Source of the DNA: a virus
Taxonomy: Duplodnaviria > Caudoviricetes
Direction: 5' to 3' (one strand)
Virus record (IMG/VR): IMGVR_UViG_3300036770_004266
Span: 1-57,779 of that record
Length of the DNA: 57,779 bases
Part shown: piece after piece, positions 24,631 to 35,518 of the stretch
Numbering within the stretch: the first letter of the stretch is position 1
Layout: every line of letters starts with the position of its first letter
Position numbers and translations under genes: made by a program
The notes under the pieces: model-generated
Database searches by the model: none
Told to the model about the DNA's origin: nothing
Seen by the model: only the letters and a program-made list of their open reading frames with translations

Positions 24631-25631
24631 AAGCTAGCTGCCAATTCATCTAAAGCATTGGTTACAATTTTCTTGTCTCGATCATTTAAAACATTATGAT
24701 CTAATTTAGTCTTACCGTCGTCCGACCAACCGATCATAACTATTTTATAGTCGGCTTCAAATTTTAGATCCCAAGACATTGTCTCAGTCGTACCCGGAAT
24801 GCCAGCATGAAAAGCATTGCCCCAGCTACTATTAAAGGATAAAAACTTTTTCTGTTTATCCATATAATTTTCCTTTGTCTCACAGAAAACATATGGTCCA
24901 GAATTCTTACCTACAATGGCATCACATAAAGTACTTAGGTATGAGATCTCTTGCATATCACAAATATTATTTTGCTTATCTTCCCAAGGAGCACGAGTTT
25001 CTGATACTACAGTATCCTGAATAATATCATCAGTAAACAAAATATTAGGAACTTCGGTATAGAACTTCTCAGTACATATAAAATGAATCTGAGGATATTT
25101 AGGTGCCACTTCTTCTATCTGCTCTTTCATATTAGGTTGAAAGGATTGGCCCGACTTGACTGATCCGTTACAAATTAAAATTTTCTTATACTCAGAATTT
25201 GCGGAAATATACTCAGCAATATTGGTGGTCTCAAATTTAGTATAATCTATGGACGGCAAATAAAATTCTTTTTCGCGCATCTGAAGATCGGTTTCAAAGC
25301 ATTTGTTAACCATTTCATAGACTACTTTCCATGAAGCCCGAAGGGAATCCATATTGATACCGCCATGCTTACAGAATAAATCCCAATGGCATCCTATCCA
25401 AGTATTAATGTATAGTGTATCATCATCCTGATAAAAAGGAGTCTTTGGATCTAAATGTCCTGGGTCGCCTACCTTTGGTATATCAAGATCCCTAGTTAAT
25501 TTTGGATGATTAAAATGTAGGTATTCATACTCTACCTCATCGCCAAGCGTATCCTTAATTTGTCTAATAAATTCTTTGTGGGTGTGAAGATCCCCTCGAT
25601 GATAATGATTAAAAAATACTATCTTAGCCAT
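24627..25631 (-). CDS. Hypothetical GT-B-like protein
   Basis: HYHRGDLH and IVGKNSGP motifs. Confidence 0.55.
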   Translation of the reverse strand: MAKIVFFNHYHRGDLHTHKEFIRQIKDTLGDEVEYEYLHFNHPKLTRDLDIPKVGDPGHLDPKTPFYQDDDTLYINTWIGCHWDLFCKHGGINMDSLRASWKVVYEMVNKCFETDLQMREKEFYLPSIDYTKFETTNIAEYISANSEYKKILICNGSVKSGQSFQPNMKEQIEEVAPKYPQIHFICTEKFYTEVPNILFTDDIIQDTVVSETRAPWEDKQNNICDMQEISYLSTLCDAIVGKNSGPYVFCETKENYMDKQKKFLSFNSSWGNAFHAGIPGTTETMSWDLKFEADYKIVMIGWSDDGKTKLDHNVLNDRDKKIVTNALDELAASL

Positions 25632-25968
25632 TGTCTATTCCTTTATATAATTTGACAGAATCCTCTCGCAGAGATTTATTATTAGCAATGGCATCATCTA
25701 CAAGTAAATTAACTGCCTGCACAAACTTGGGTCTTTTTACTTTAAAGCAAATGTCGCACTTTCTTTTTAGCTCTGCGATTTCCTCGTCTGTTTTTGCCGC
25801 TTGGATAGCATCTTCGAGCATCCACATCCTTATATGAATAATGGCCAGCTTCTCTACAACCTCTCCTAAATTATCCGTTGCGATATATTCTGCATCCGGC
25901 AGTTCCCCTTTAGAAAGCACTCGATCTACAGTATCCTTAATTACCTTTTCAAAAGTTTCACCCAGCAT
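25624..25968 (-). CDS. Helical hypothetical protein (DUF4254-like)
   Basis: LGEVVEKLAIIHIRMWMLED. Confidence 0.55.
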   Translation of the reverse strand: MLGETFEKVIKDTVDRVLSKGELPDAEYIATDNLGEVVEKLAIIHIRMWMLEDAIQAAKTDEEIAELKRKCDICFKVKRPKFVQAVNLLVDDAIANNKSLREDSVKLYKGIDNG

Positions 25969-27151
25969 TTATTTTCCTCAGAATATCGTTTAAAAATTTC
26001 ATATCAGAATCATTTACAAAATGACTATTACCGATATATACTCCCTGTGTATGTAATAATTCCGCATTATTTTTGCTACCCGATTCCAACTTATATCCCT
26101 TATTCTTTAGAAAAGGTTGCCGCAATAGATTGCCACTAACTATGGGTCTATATTCTATACCATTCTCAGTAAAAACCTTTTTCATATTCTGCATTATCTC
26201 AGGAGTTTTACATATAAAGGGCAAGCAAAAACTACTATTACCTACAGCATTTTCTACATTATAAAATAAATTAGAATAATCGTCTATAATTTTACTAAAC
26301 AATTCCAAATTTCTTTTTCTTCTTTCTATCATACTATCCAAGCGCTTTAACTGAGAGGATCCTAGGACAGCACAAATCTCATGGTTTCTAAAATTATAAC
26401 CCTCGGTCATAAAAAGAAACTGTTTATCTATCTCCGGCCACATATCAGCATGAATATTTGGAACTAATGATTCCCTAGCCATGCCATGACTTCTTTTCAT
26501 TTTCATAAGGTCATATAATTCCACACTATCTGTAGAAATCATGCCTCCTTCGATTGTAGACATGTGATGACCAAAATAGAAACTAAAGGTTGCACCTAAA
26601 CTGCTGGCGCCTATTTTTCTACCATCTCGTCCTACTGCACCGTGAGATTCGCAAACATCATCTATGAATAATGCATCTCTGAAAATACTACGAATATTTT
26701 CATTGTCTGCAGGATATCCAAGCAGATGAGTAGTGAATATCATTTTAATATCCGGATGCTTCTTAGCAATCTCATATGCATGGGCAGTATCAAAACTAAA
26801 ATTATATAAATTAATGTCGCAGAAGATTGGTTTTAATCCCAACTGCATAATTGGGGCAATATTGGTTACCCATGTGCATGCCGGAACTAATACTTTAGAG
26901 CCATTCTTTATGCGATACTTTTCTTTAACGGCATCGACGAGTAAGAGATTTGCTGTACTGCCAGAGGATACGTATAATGAGTATTTACTACCTAGCCAAT
27001 CATTCCATTCTTGCTCAAACTTTTTTACTTTTTCGCCGTTGGTAAATTTCTTTGTCGTAAGAGCAAAGTATGCCATCTTTAGACGATCCGTAAAAGTGAT
27101 TGTCTCTCCCATTAGGGGCCATCTTACTATGCTTTGTTTTCCAGATACCAT
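25958..27151 (-). CDS. DegT-family PLP enzyme, ColD-like GDP-4-keto-6-deoxymannose 3-dehydratase
   Basis: SSGSTAN, DVCESHG, SFYFGHHMSTIEGG (His at the usual Lys position). Confidence 0.82.
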   Translation of the reverse strand: MVSGKQSIVRWPLMGETITFTDRLKMAYFALTTKKFTNGEKVKKFEQEWNDWLGSKYSLYVSSGSTANLLLVDAVKEKYRIKNGSKVLVPACTWVTNIAPIMQLGLKPIFCDINLYNFSFDTAHAYEIAKKHPDIKMIFTTHLLGYPADNENIRSIFRDALFIDDVCESHGAVGRDGRKIGASSLGATFSFYFGHHMSTIEGGMISTDSVELYDLMKMKRSHGMARESLVPNIHADMWPEIDKQFLFMTEGYNFRNHEICAVLGSSQLKRLDSMIERRKRNLELFSKIIDDYSNLFYNVENAVGNSSFCLPFICKTPEIMQNMKKVFTENGIEYRPIVSGNLLRQPFLKNKGYKLESGSKNNAELLHTQGVYIGNSHFVNDSDMKFLNDILRKINAG

Positions 27152-28056
27152 TCTACAGTCCTCTTCAAACCTTCATCAAAGTTAACCTTAGGATACCAAC
27201 CAAGGGATCTAAGCTTGGAATTATCCATCTTTCTCCTTGGGGTGCCGTTAGGCTTATCCGTGTTCCAATATATCTTTCCATCAAACTTCATTTCTTTACA
27301 AAGTCTTTCAGCAAGATCCTTAATTGTGAATTCCTCATCGCTGCCAACATTTACAAATTCTGGTTCATTATAATTTTCCATCAACCAATAACAAGCATCA
27401 GCAAGATCGTCTACATATAAAAATTCTCGAGTAGGGGTGCCATCGCCCCAACATTCAATTTCATCAGAACCGCTTTTCATAGCATTGTTTATCTTAGTTA
27501 AAATACCCGGAATAACGTGTCCGTGCTCTGGTATAAAATTATCATTGGGGCCATAAAGATTTGCGGGCATACAACTAATGGCATTAAAGCCATACTGCCT
27601 TCTATAATACTCACACATCCTTAAACCTGTAATTTTTGCTAATGCGTAACCTTCATTAGTAGGCTCCAACGGTGCGGTCAAAAGATATTCCTCCCTGATA
27701 GGTTGAGGAGTAACTTTTGGATAGATACAAGCAGATCCAAGAAATAACAATTTTTTACATCCATTCCTATATGCAGAATCTATAACATTGATCTGAATAG
27801 CGAGATTATCATAAATAAATTCTCCAGGATTGGTCCAGTTCCAATTAATGCCTCCGACCTTTGCTGCAGCTAAAAAAACATATTCTGGCTTTTCTTGTTC
27901 AAAAAATTCTCTAACCGCCCATTGGTCTCTTAAATCTAGTTGCGATTTAGATACCAATACCAAGTTATTATATCCTTCTGTCTCCAATTTCCTTACTATG
28001 GCAGAGCCAACCAATCCCCGGTGGCCTGCTACAAATATTTTACTATTCTTTTCCAT
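27127..28056 (-). CDS. fcl: GDP-L-fucose synthase / ColC-like epimerase-reductase
   Basis: GHRGLVGS, AAAKVGGI, GSACIYP, YALAK. Confidence 0.93.
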   Translation of the reverse strand: MEKNSKIFVAGHRGLVGSAIVRKLETEGYNNLVLVSKSQLDLRDQWAVREFFEQEKPEYVFLAAAKVGGINWNWTNPGEFIYDNLAIQINVIDSAYRNGCKKLLFLGSACIYPKVTPQPIREEYLLTAPLEPTNEGYALAKITGLRMCEYYRRQYGFNAISCMPANLYGPNDNFIPEHGHVIPGILTKINNAMKSGSDEIECWGDGTPTREFLYVDDLADACYWLMENYNEPEFVNVGSDEEFTIKDLAERLCKEMKFDGKIYWNTDKPNGTPRRKMDNSKLRSLGWYPKVNFDEGLKRTVEWYLENKA

Positions 28057-28057
28057 C

Positions 28058-28708
28058 TTAATTCCTCAAAGTAAAAACATAATCGTGCTTTGATAATTGC
28101 TCTTCCAATTTATGAGTATCCTTTACATATTCCTCTATCTGAGTTATGTCCAAATGCCATTCTACAAGTAAAACCTTTGGCTCATATTTCGATAGGTTAA
28201 ATCCCTTTAATACTTCTAGCTCATACCCCTCAACATCCAATGAAAAGAAATCAACCCTGACTATATTATTTTCTTCTAATATAGAATCTAAAGTCCTCGC
28301 AGGAATAGTAAATTCTTTAGTGGTATCATTGTCTGTTTTCGGGGACATCCAGGTCTCATCTTTCCTGAGGGGAGAATCTTGAGGTGCTGTCATAAGTCCC
28401 GGATCTCCAGAATATACATTTCTATGTATCATAGTTATACTGCTATCCGAAAATTCTTTGGATACCAATGCATAATTATATACTATGGAATTTTTTCGTA
28501 TATCTTTACATAGATAATAGGCATCGGAATTAGGTTCAACTAAAATACCTTTCCATCCTTTATATTTTTCAAGATGCCAGGTATTACTTTGAGTAAATCC
28601 ATCTGCTCCGCCGACTTCTATATAGAACCCGTTGTCGAAGTTAAGATACTTTTCAGTAACCCGCTGATTGATATTCTCGAAGCAAGGAGGAAACAACATT
28701 AATAGCAC
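28058..28708 (-). CDS. FkbM-family methyltransferase
   Basis: [21 protein letters not shown]. Confidence 0.9.
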   Translation of the reverse strand: MLLMLFPPCFENINQRVTEKYLNFDNGFYIEVGGADGFTQSNTWHLEKYKGWKGILVEPNSDAYYLCKDIRKNSIVYNYALVSKEFSDSSITMIHRNVYSGDPGLMTAPQDSPLRKDETWMSPKTDNDTTKEFTIPARTLDSILEENNIVRVDFFSLDVEGYELEVLKGFNLSKYEPKVLLVEWHLDITQIEEYVKDTHKLEEQLSKHDYVFTLRN

Positions 28709-29712
28709 TCACACATTTCTTGAACCAATGCATTAAAGTCATATTCAGGTTCCCACCCAAGTACAGTTTTAGCTTTTGTAGGATCACCTAATAGTGTCTC
28801 AACCTCAGCAGGCCTAAAATACTTAGGGTCTACTTTAACTACAGTATTGCCCGTCTTTTTATCAACACCTATTTCATCTAAGCCTGCCCCTCTCCAGTCA
28901 ATCTCCATACCAAAATACGGAGCGCAGGCTTCTACGAATTCCCTAACAGAATACTGTTTACCCGTCGCAATAACAAAATCTTCAGGAGTGTCCTGTTGTA
29001 AGATTAGCCACATTGCTTTAACATAATCCTTAGCATGTCCCCAATCTCGAAGGGCATTTAAATTGCCGAGATATAAACAATCCTGGTCACCGTTACTAAT
29101 ATTGTATAGTGCATCAGTAATTTTCTTAGTTACAAAATTAAATCCTCTACGAGGTGACTCGTGATTAAAAAGAATACCCGAGCAACAGAACATATTATAC
29201 GATTCTCGATAGTTCTTTACAATCCAGTACGCATACAATTTCGCTACACCATATGGAGATCTAGGATAGAACGGGGTAGTTTCTTTTTGCGGAATTTCTT
29301 GAACCAATCCATATAGTTCAGATGTAGATGCTTGATAAATTTTTACCTTATCCTCTATACCTAAAAGCCTGACCGCTTCTAATAATTTTAGGGTTCCTAG
29401 AGCGTCCACCTGTGCTGTATATTCTGGGGTTTCAAAAGATACCTTAACATGACTTTGTGCCGCTAAATTATAAATTTCCGTTGGCATATACCTTTTAATG
29501 ATTCCCATAATGGATAGGGAATCAGTAATGTCGCCGTAGTGCAATTTTAATTTGGGGTTATTATAAAGGTGATCTATTCTTTCAGTATTGATCGAGGAAC
29601 TTCTTCTGACAACACCGTGAACGTCATATCCTTTTTCTAAAAGTAATTCTGCAAGATAAGAACCGTCCTGCCCGGTTATGCCTGTAATTAAGGCAACCTT
29701 GTTGGATTTCAT
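28699..29712 (-). CDS. gmd: GDP-mannose 4,6-dehydratase
   Basis: GITGQDG, LAAQSHV, STSELYG, YGVAK, LFNHES. Confidence 0.97.
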   Translation of the reverse strand: MKSNKVALITGITGQDGSYLAELLLEKGYDVHGVVRRSSSINTERIDHLYNNPKLKLHYGDITDSLSIMGIIKRYMPTEIYNLAAQSHVKVSFETPEYTAQVDALGTLKLLEAVRLLGIEDKVKIYQASTSELYGLVQEIPQKETTPFYPRSPYGVAKLYAYWIVKNYRESYNMFCCSGILFNHESPRRGFNFVTKKITDALYNISNGDQDCLYLGNLNALRDWGHAKDYVKAMWLILQQDTPEDFVIATGKQYSVREFVEACAPYFGMEIDWRGAGLDEIGVDKKTGNTVVKVDPKYFRPAEVETLLGDPTKAKTVLGWEPEYDFNALVQEMCECY

Positions 29713-30581
29713 TACATTCTCCTAAATGATGTATCTTCAGTATAAGTTAATAATTTATTCAAGGTTTCAACGGAGGAGTTCCATTCACCTTTCTTTATAT
29801 ATTTATTACTATCTATCGGCATACAGTATACCTCGATATGTTCTTTTAACATCGAGGCATTCAAACTATTTTCAAACCATATATCCGTGCAATAAAATCT
29901 TTTTAAATTTGGCGAACATAGTGCCGCCGAAACAACGTAACTCCCTGAACCCGAACTTGCTAAATTTTTTGCCCGCAATAGAGTAGTATAACTTTCCTTC
30001 TCATCCAGTATATGAATAGGAATATTCATTCGCATAAAGAAGATATTGATTGGGCAATTTCTATCCTCGGAAAGTACGTAGATATTTTCGGGCCCATACA
30101 TTTCGACCAATTGTGCATAGTACATCAAAGGGTTTTGTATAAAATTAGGATGCGGATTATTATACGCATCGCCCGATCTTAAATGTATTACCAGAGTATC
30201 ATCACCTAAAGGTTTTGCCAATATATTATTACTATCTAATTTTAGATAGGGAAATATTAAGTGCTGGCATACTTGCCGCCTATTGTTGTTTAGTTTATCA
30301 ATATCAATATCAGGAAAGTCACACTCCGGACCATTAAAGTAATAAAAATAAGACCACTTATCCATATTACCTGGCTTCCGCTCTTCCCCAAAATGTAATT
30401 CTATATTATCAATGAAAGGGTGAGGTGCCATATCAAAATGAATTCCCCTTTCCCTGCAGTAATATATTGCATTGGATATTTGTTGTATATTGTTACCGAG
30501 CCGCCCAAACCATCTAGGTAAAAAGGCGCCAGGGTTAGTCCCAGGAGTAGTTGCCATAATAGAAAAAGGGTGCCGAAGCAC
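29712..30581 (-). CDS. GT11-like (alpha-1,2-fucosyl/colitosyltransferase-like) protein
   Basis: GRLGNNIQQ and VIHLRSGD motifs; true start may be 30557. Confidence 0.65.
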   Translation of the reverse strand: MLRHPFSIMATTPGTNPGAFLPRWFGRLGNNIQQISNAIYYCRERGIHFDMAPHPFIDNIELHFGEERKPGNMDKWSYFYYFNGPECDFPDIDIDKLNNNRRQVCQHLIFPYLKLDSNNILAKPLGDDTLVIHLRSGDAYNNPHPNFIQNPLMYYAQLVEMYGPENIYVLSEDRNCPINIFFMRMNIPIHILDEKESYTTLLRAKNLASSGSGSYVVSAALCSPNLKRFYCTDIWFENSLNASMLKEHIEVYCMPIDSNKYIKKGEWNSSVETLNKLLTYTEDTSFRRM

Positions 30582-30602
30582 CCTTATATTTAAAAATTAA
30601 AT

Positions 30603-31775
30603 TTAGAAATCTTCATTTTGGCGCTCTTCATCGCCCGCCATTGTATTAGGATCATATTCTGCTTCTTCCTTTTGCCCCATCTTATTGTAGAGATCTAGGA
30701 ACGCATTCTTCGTGTCATCGTCAAAACGATTGATACAGTACTGAATCGAATCTTCTTGCGAACCAAAAATACTATATGCTTGGACGATGTGAAGGAGTCG
30801 ACGAGTACTAATAATTTCATCTACGCCGCCTTCTTCAAAAGTCTTTCGAATAATCTCTGCCCAAGTAATTAACTTATCGCAGAACTCTTCATTCTCAATA
30901 CCTAGGGCACTCATCTTGTTCATGATGATCTTTTTCTCAGTTGCAGCTGAAGGGTATTCTTGCTCAACCGTAATTGGGAATCGCTCTAGGAATGCCTCAT
31001 CCAAAATCTGTGCTGCAATGAATCGACCATCCTCGGTACCCTTACCCTTAGTGTTTGCTGTTGCGATAACAGTAAAACCTTTCTTCGGATAAACAACATC
31101 GCCAGTTTTCTTATTGAAGAATGGCTTGCCCTCCAGAATGCTTTGAAGGCACATCAATTTATTAGAGCCTCGGTCGATCTCATCAATTAGAAGAACTGAT
31201 CCTCGACGCATCGCAGTAATAACGGGGCCTTCTCTATAGGTAATATTACCATCAATTAGAGTAGAGCCACCGATAAGATCATCCTCGTCTGTTTCAATGC
31301 TGATATTTACTCGAATACATTCTTTGCCGAGCTTAGCACACACTTGCTCTACCATCGTGGTCTTACCATTACCAGATAGTCCAGTAATGAATACAGGATA
31401 GAACATCTCAGCTTTTACAATTTTTTCTAATTGCTTATAGAAACCAAAAGGAACATAATTCTTATCTTTCTCAGGGACAAGATTGTCCACCTCAGTAATC
31501 ATTTTCTTTTGCCGAAGCTGCACTACGGGGGCTAGCATTGCGGGAGCCATATCTGGAGTTTCTTCGTTCACACTTTCACCTTGAAATAATTTAGAAATAT
31601 CATAATTTTTACCCACTTTGATGTCTCGATTTGAGAGCAGGAAATGCGGATTCGGGAGTGCATTTGTCTCTACAAATTCTAGGATCTTTTCCTTAGAAAC
31701 TACCGAACCAAATTTTGCTGAAATATCCGAAATAAGTTTAAATCGCTGCACATCATCATAATAAGACTTACCCAT
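30603..31775 (-). CDS. CobS-like MoxR AAA+ ATPase
   Basis: GLSGNGKT, LLIDEID, ATANTKG, STRRL. Confidence 0.9.
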   Translation of the reverse strand: MGKSYYDDVQRFKLISDISAKFGSVVSKEKILEFVETNALPNPHFLLSNRDIKVGKNYDISKLFQGESVNEETPDMAPAMLAPVVQLRQKKMITEVDNLVPEKDKNYVPFGFYKQLEKIVKAEMFYPVFITGLSGNGKTTMVEQVCAKLGKECIRVNISIETDEDDLIGGSTLIDGNITYREGPVITAMRRGSVLLIDEIDRGSNKLMCLQSILEGKPFFNKKTGDVVYPKKGFTVIATANTKGKGTEDGRFIAAQILDEAFLERFPITVEQEYPSAATEKKIIMNKMSALGIENEEFCDKLITWAEIIRKTFEEGGVDEIISTRRLLHIVQAYSIFGSQEDSIQYCINRFDDDTKNAFLDLYNKMGQKEEAEYDPNTMAGDEERQNEDF

Positions 31776-31806
31776 TTAGATTACCTTTCATCATAGTATA
31801 TATAAT

Positions 31807-31835
31807 ATTATAAATTCTAAAACCCGCTCTGTCAA
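31807..31835 (-). promoter_or_regulatory. Consensus sigma70 early promoter
   Basis: TTGACA-N17-TATAAT. Confidence 0.9.
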
Positions 31836-34069
31836 GCAATCTGTTCAATAAATTTGCTAAGGAACACTCTGTTGGTCAGCTTGTTCTTCTGAAATTTCAT
31901 GAAAGCCTTTTTCAGATCATTCTTGGAAGCATTTTGCTCAACTTTAATTTCCTCTTCTTCAAGTTCCAAATCTTTACCGTTTGGCAAGATGAAAAACTTC
32001 TTATATCCAGGGACATCTGCGGTAGCAAATTTGTTCCTTCGAATTGATTTTACCATATCATCTACTTCTTCATATGCTAAATACTTACCGTATTCCATCA
32101 TATAACTATTCACATACTTCGAAGTTGGTTTGTCCATTAGATAAAAACCTACTACATTTGTATTACAAATTTTACCCAGGAGATCTAGCAACGCACAAGT
32201 AATAGGTTGCTGACTCAATTTTTTGCCCTGAATACCAGTCTTCTTATGCGATAGAACAACGTTGCAACTGGTGACATTATAATCACCGATACTCTCAGTT
32301 AAGTGTCGGGCATAATCATAATATTCAGATTTTTTAATTTCCCCAGTATACTTCGCATAAAGATCATGTCCTTGACCATCGGTAAGGATGATGGCATTGA
32401 CAATATCTAGTTTATACATATCCTTAAACTTAGGTAAAAATTCTGCGGCAACAATCAATGCCTCATTCAGAGGAGTGCCTCCTAAGGCATGCAAGCCATC
32501 ATACTTTACTCGATAATCAGTATCATCGTCCCTGCTATATTCTGAGTATTTACCTGCCCCTAAAACTTCACCAAGGAATAAAAAGTTTTTAGATGCTTCA
32601 ATAAATTCTCGATTAGACATCTGATCTGACAGATATTCGACAAGAGAAACATTTGACTCGCAAGATAACTCTCCCTTATTTTTTGAGAATTTGTCTAGCT
32701 TGCCTCGATCCTGTTCGAGCTCATTCGGGGTAGAACGATCTGTAAATGAGAATACTCGGAATGGGATACTCAATTTCCTGCAGAATATTGCCAACAATAA
32801 TGTCTGCTCAATAGTTCCCCTAATACTATTCGACATTGAACCTGAGAAATCTGTAATCATAACCATACCATGACTCTTGCCGCCAGGTACGGTAGTAATT
32901 CGTTTAAAAATATCGTCGTTAAATTGATACGAGAATACTTTCTTTACATCCACTTCTCCAGATTTAGCAACCTTTGCCCGGGCAAATTGCTTCGCATTTC
33001 GACGCAGTTCAAATTCCTTAATCAGATATGAGATATACTTTTTATTGGAATCCATAAAATTCTTATATGTTTGATCTCGGAATACCATAGCCAAACTAGC
33101 ACTAATATGCTGTGTGCCATCGTCTAGGTATCGGCGTGACCTTGCTTCAAAATTAAAACTATCTTTTACTTTCCTGTAAGGATATATGCACGCATCTAAA
33201 TTTGCGATTGGTACATCTGCATATAAGTATGGTCGAGCTTTCTCATCCAACAGATCATCTTCTTTCTGTCGGAAAAAGGTATCAGTAATTGATCTAGGCG
33301 ATTCGTCATCTGGTTCACCGCCCCTATCTTTATCTCCGCTCTTATTTAGTATATCCTGCAGTTCTTCAATCTCATCTTGAGAAAATCCCGACGAATTAAA
33401 ATCGTCAGAATCCTCTCCCAGAGGGTCCTCCTCCTGTTCATTGCTAGTATTCTGATAATCTAATTCCAAATCCTGCATCAGCTCTTCTAGCTTCTCCCGC
33501 ATAGATTTATTTTCTTGTTTTCCATAAGAGTAGAGCTCCTCTGCCACTTGCCAAACATTATCCCAAGTATCAGTCTTTGCCACAGCATCTACAAACTTTT
33601 GCTCGGTTACATTGAATCTCACGTTGGCAAATGCACCGATCTTAAAATGTAGATTGATTCTATCAATTAGGGGAAGGTCTTCTGATTCTATAATATGGGA
33701 AGGACCAAAGAATTCTTTACGAGCTAGTTCTAAGTATGCTTTTGAGAATGGACCCCTGAGTCCAGGATATTCTTCTTTAATTTTACGCTCGATGCGAGCG
33801 TCTTCTACGACATTGAGATATGTCTTAAACCCCGGACGCTTATTTTCTACGACGGCGTCGTGCCAACCCTGTTTAGGGGTATTTTTAGCATGACCTACTT
33901 CGTGACCTAAAAGTAGGTCATACAGTTCTGGAGACATATCTCCCCAGATAGGACACACCAATGTACGAGTTCCAAGATCAAAGTAGGCAGTCTTTACTTT
34001 TTTATGCTCTACTCTGATATTTTCTTTTGCTAATAATTTAGCAAGAATAGATTTTGATTGAACTAACAT
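31832..34069 (-). CDS. CobT-like metallopeptidase-VWA protein
   Basis: HEVGH, NVVEDARIE, MIDAS DFSGS, GGTP, LTDG. Confidence 0.88.
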   Translation of the reverse strand: MLVQSKSILAKLLAKENIRVEHKKVKTAYFDLGTRTLVCPIWGDMSPELYDLLLGHEVGHAKNTPKQGWHDAVVENKRPGFKTYLNVVEDARIERKIKEEYPGLRGPFSKAYLELARKEFFGPSHIIESEDLPLIDRINLHFKIGAFANVRFNVTEQKFVDAVAKTDTWDNVWQVAEELYSYGKQENKSMREKLEELMQDLELDYQNTSNEQEEDPLGEDSDDFNSSGFSQDEIEELQDILNKSGDKDRGGEPDDESPRSITDTFFRQKEDDLLDEKARPYLYADVPIANLDACIYPYRKVKDSFNFEARSRRYLDDGTQHISASLAMVFRDQTYKNFMDSNKKYISYLIKEFELRRNAKQFARAKVAKSGEVDVKKVFSYQFNDDIFKRITTVPGGKSHGMVMITDFSGSMSNSIRGTIEQTLLLAIFCRKLSIPFRVFSFTDRSTPNELEQDRGKLDKFSKNKGELSCESNVSLVEYLSDQMSNREFIEASKNFLFLGEVLGAGKYSEYSRDDDTDYRVKYDGLHALGGTPLNEALIVAAEFLPKFKDMYKLDIVNAIILTDGQGHDLYAKYTGEIKKSEYYDYARHLTESIGDYNVTSCNVVLSHKKTGIQGKKLSQQPITCALLDLLGKICNTNVVGFYLMDKPTSKYVNSYMMEYGKYLAYEEVDDMVKSIRRNKFATADVPGYKKFFILPNGKDLELEEEEIKVEQNASKNDLKKAFMKFQKNKLTNRVFLSKFIEQIA

Positions 34070-34092
34070 CTTATCTCCTTAGGCTTTTTTAT

Positions 34093-34121
34093 ATTATAAA
34101 GCCAAAAGGACTCGATGTCAA
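34093..34121 (-). promoter_or_regulatory. Consensus sigma70 early promoter
   Basis: TTGACA-N17-TATAAT. Confidence 0.9.
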
Positions 34122-34152
34122 GCACCTAGTTTACCTTTTGTAAATCAATGGA

Positions 34153-34428
34153 TTACTGTGCCCTAGTTATCTCTAAAATCTTCTCTATCTGCTTCTCAAT
34201 AAGCGGCACGCGATTTGGCCAATGTATATATTCCTTTTCGGGATTTTTCATAAGATTAACCAAGAGCGGCATAACCAACTTTTCAACTGCCTGTAACTTT
34301 TGCTGAGCAGTCGTCTGTGCAGAGGAAGTTACCTGATTGACTATAGGTTCCGTAACTTCGGATTCATCTACTGCCGTGAATCCGAAGTCATTACTTAGAT
34401 CAAGATATTCTAAGGGAATCTTACTCAT
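34153..34428 (-). CDS. Conserved hypothetical phage protein
   Basis: DFGFTAVDE, PLLVNLMKNPEKEYIHWPNR; start MSKIP coupled to the upstream stop (TAATG). Confidence 0.75.
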   Translation of the reverse strand: MSKIPLEYLDLSNDFGFTAVDESEVTEPIVNQVTSSAQTTAQQKLQAVEKLVMPLLVNLMKNPEKEYIHWPNRVPLIEKQIEKILEITRAQ

Positions 34429-35024
34429 TATTTTAACCTTGGTCCATGCACCCAACCAACTAATGCTTTTCTTGTTCCCTTAGTTATTGGGGTAACCTCA
34501 TGCAGGGTATATGACGGGAAGAAAGTAATTGTTCCCTTTTCCTGAGGAATAGGCCACGGCTCTGCGGCATTATGTATTAGAGTTTTGCCTCCCTCATATT
34601 CTGAAGGATCTGTTAATTGAAGGACAAAACTTAATTTTCTAGGCAGTTGGCCTGCCCCTTGATAGAAATGATCTATATGCTTATCATAAAAACCTCCCTC
34701 AGTATATACTGAGTATTGAAGAGATTCTATATGTTTAAGATCAAATCCAAACCATTTTTCATTAGCCTGAAGTGTAGCATCTGTGAGCATACGATATAAC
34801 CAAGCGGTATCCTCATTGGCAGGCACCCAACCTATAGTTGTAATTCTAGTATTCGCATTAACTTGCCCGGCGGTTTCAAGATCTCCTCCTATATATGCAT
34901 CTCCAGATTCTAAAGAATCTCCCAGTTGTATAATACCGTCAATCATATCATCATCGAAAACACCATTATAATAACAATATGCATTAACTGTATGCGTATA
35001 TAATTCCCAAGTTGCGGCACTCAT
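34428..35024 (-). CDS. 2OG-Fe(II) oxygenase
   Basis: HID, RKLS, YEGG, FPSYTLHEVTP, RKALVGW. Confidence 0.92.
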   Translation of the reverse strand: MSAATWELYTHTVNAYCYYNGVFDDDMIDGIIQLGDSLESGDAYIGGDLETAGQVNANTRITTIGWVPANEDTAWLYRMLTDATLQANEKWFGFDLKHIESLQYSVYTEGGFYDKHIDHFYQGAGQLPRKLSFVLQLTDPSEYEGGKTLIHNAAEPWPIPQEKGTITFFPSYTLHEVTPITKGTRKALVGWVHGPRLK

Positions 35025-35518
35025 TTCATTCTCCTTATTCTTTTAACTAATCTTGTAAGAGCTCTATCCCATTTCATTTTGGTAACTCTATCCTTAAATG
35101 TCTTTCCAATCATATGATCGTATTCATGTAGGAATATCCTTGCGGTAATTCCCCAATAAACCTCATCCTTCCATCCTCCAGTCTCAGTTTGAAATTTAAC
35201 ATGTACACTACCGGGACGTTTAACCTTCATATATATACCCGGAAAACTTAAACATCCTTCATCCATTAAAACTTCCTTGCCTGTATAATTTACTATGTGA
35301 GGATTAAAAACATTTATCCTTGCCTCGTCCCAACCGATAACAAATGCCTTAGTATTTATTCCTACTTGATTTGCAGATAAACCAACCCCTCCAAATTCTC
35401 GCATTGTTTCATATAGATTTTGTGCTAGATCAACAGGGTCAATATCGCCATCGAAATTAAAATCTGAAACCGGAGTTTGTAATATAGGATCCTCATGGGA
35501 AACTAATGTCAAAATCAT
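35021..35518 (-). CDS. def: Peptide deformylase
   Basis: GVGLSANQ, EGCLS, HEYDH. Confidence 0.95.
   Translation of the reverse strand: MILTLVSHEDPILQTPVSDFNFDGDIDPVDLAQNLYETMREFGGVGLSANQVGINTKAFVIGWDEARINVFNPHIVNYTGKEVLMDEGCLSFPGIYMKVKRPGSVHVKFQTETGGWKDEVYWGITARIFLHEYDHMIGKTFKDRVTKMKWDRALTRLVKRIRRMK

Noticed and set aside
30603-34069. Cobalamin biosynthesis (cobS/cobT) as an auxiliary metabolic function
   Set aside because: No cobN or other cob genes; this is a generic MoxR AAA+/VWA pair common in T4-like phages.
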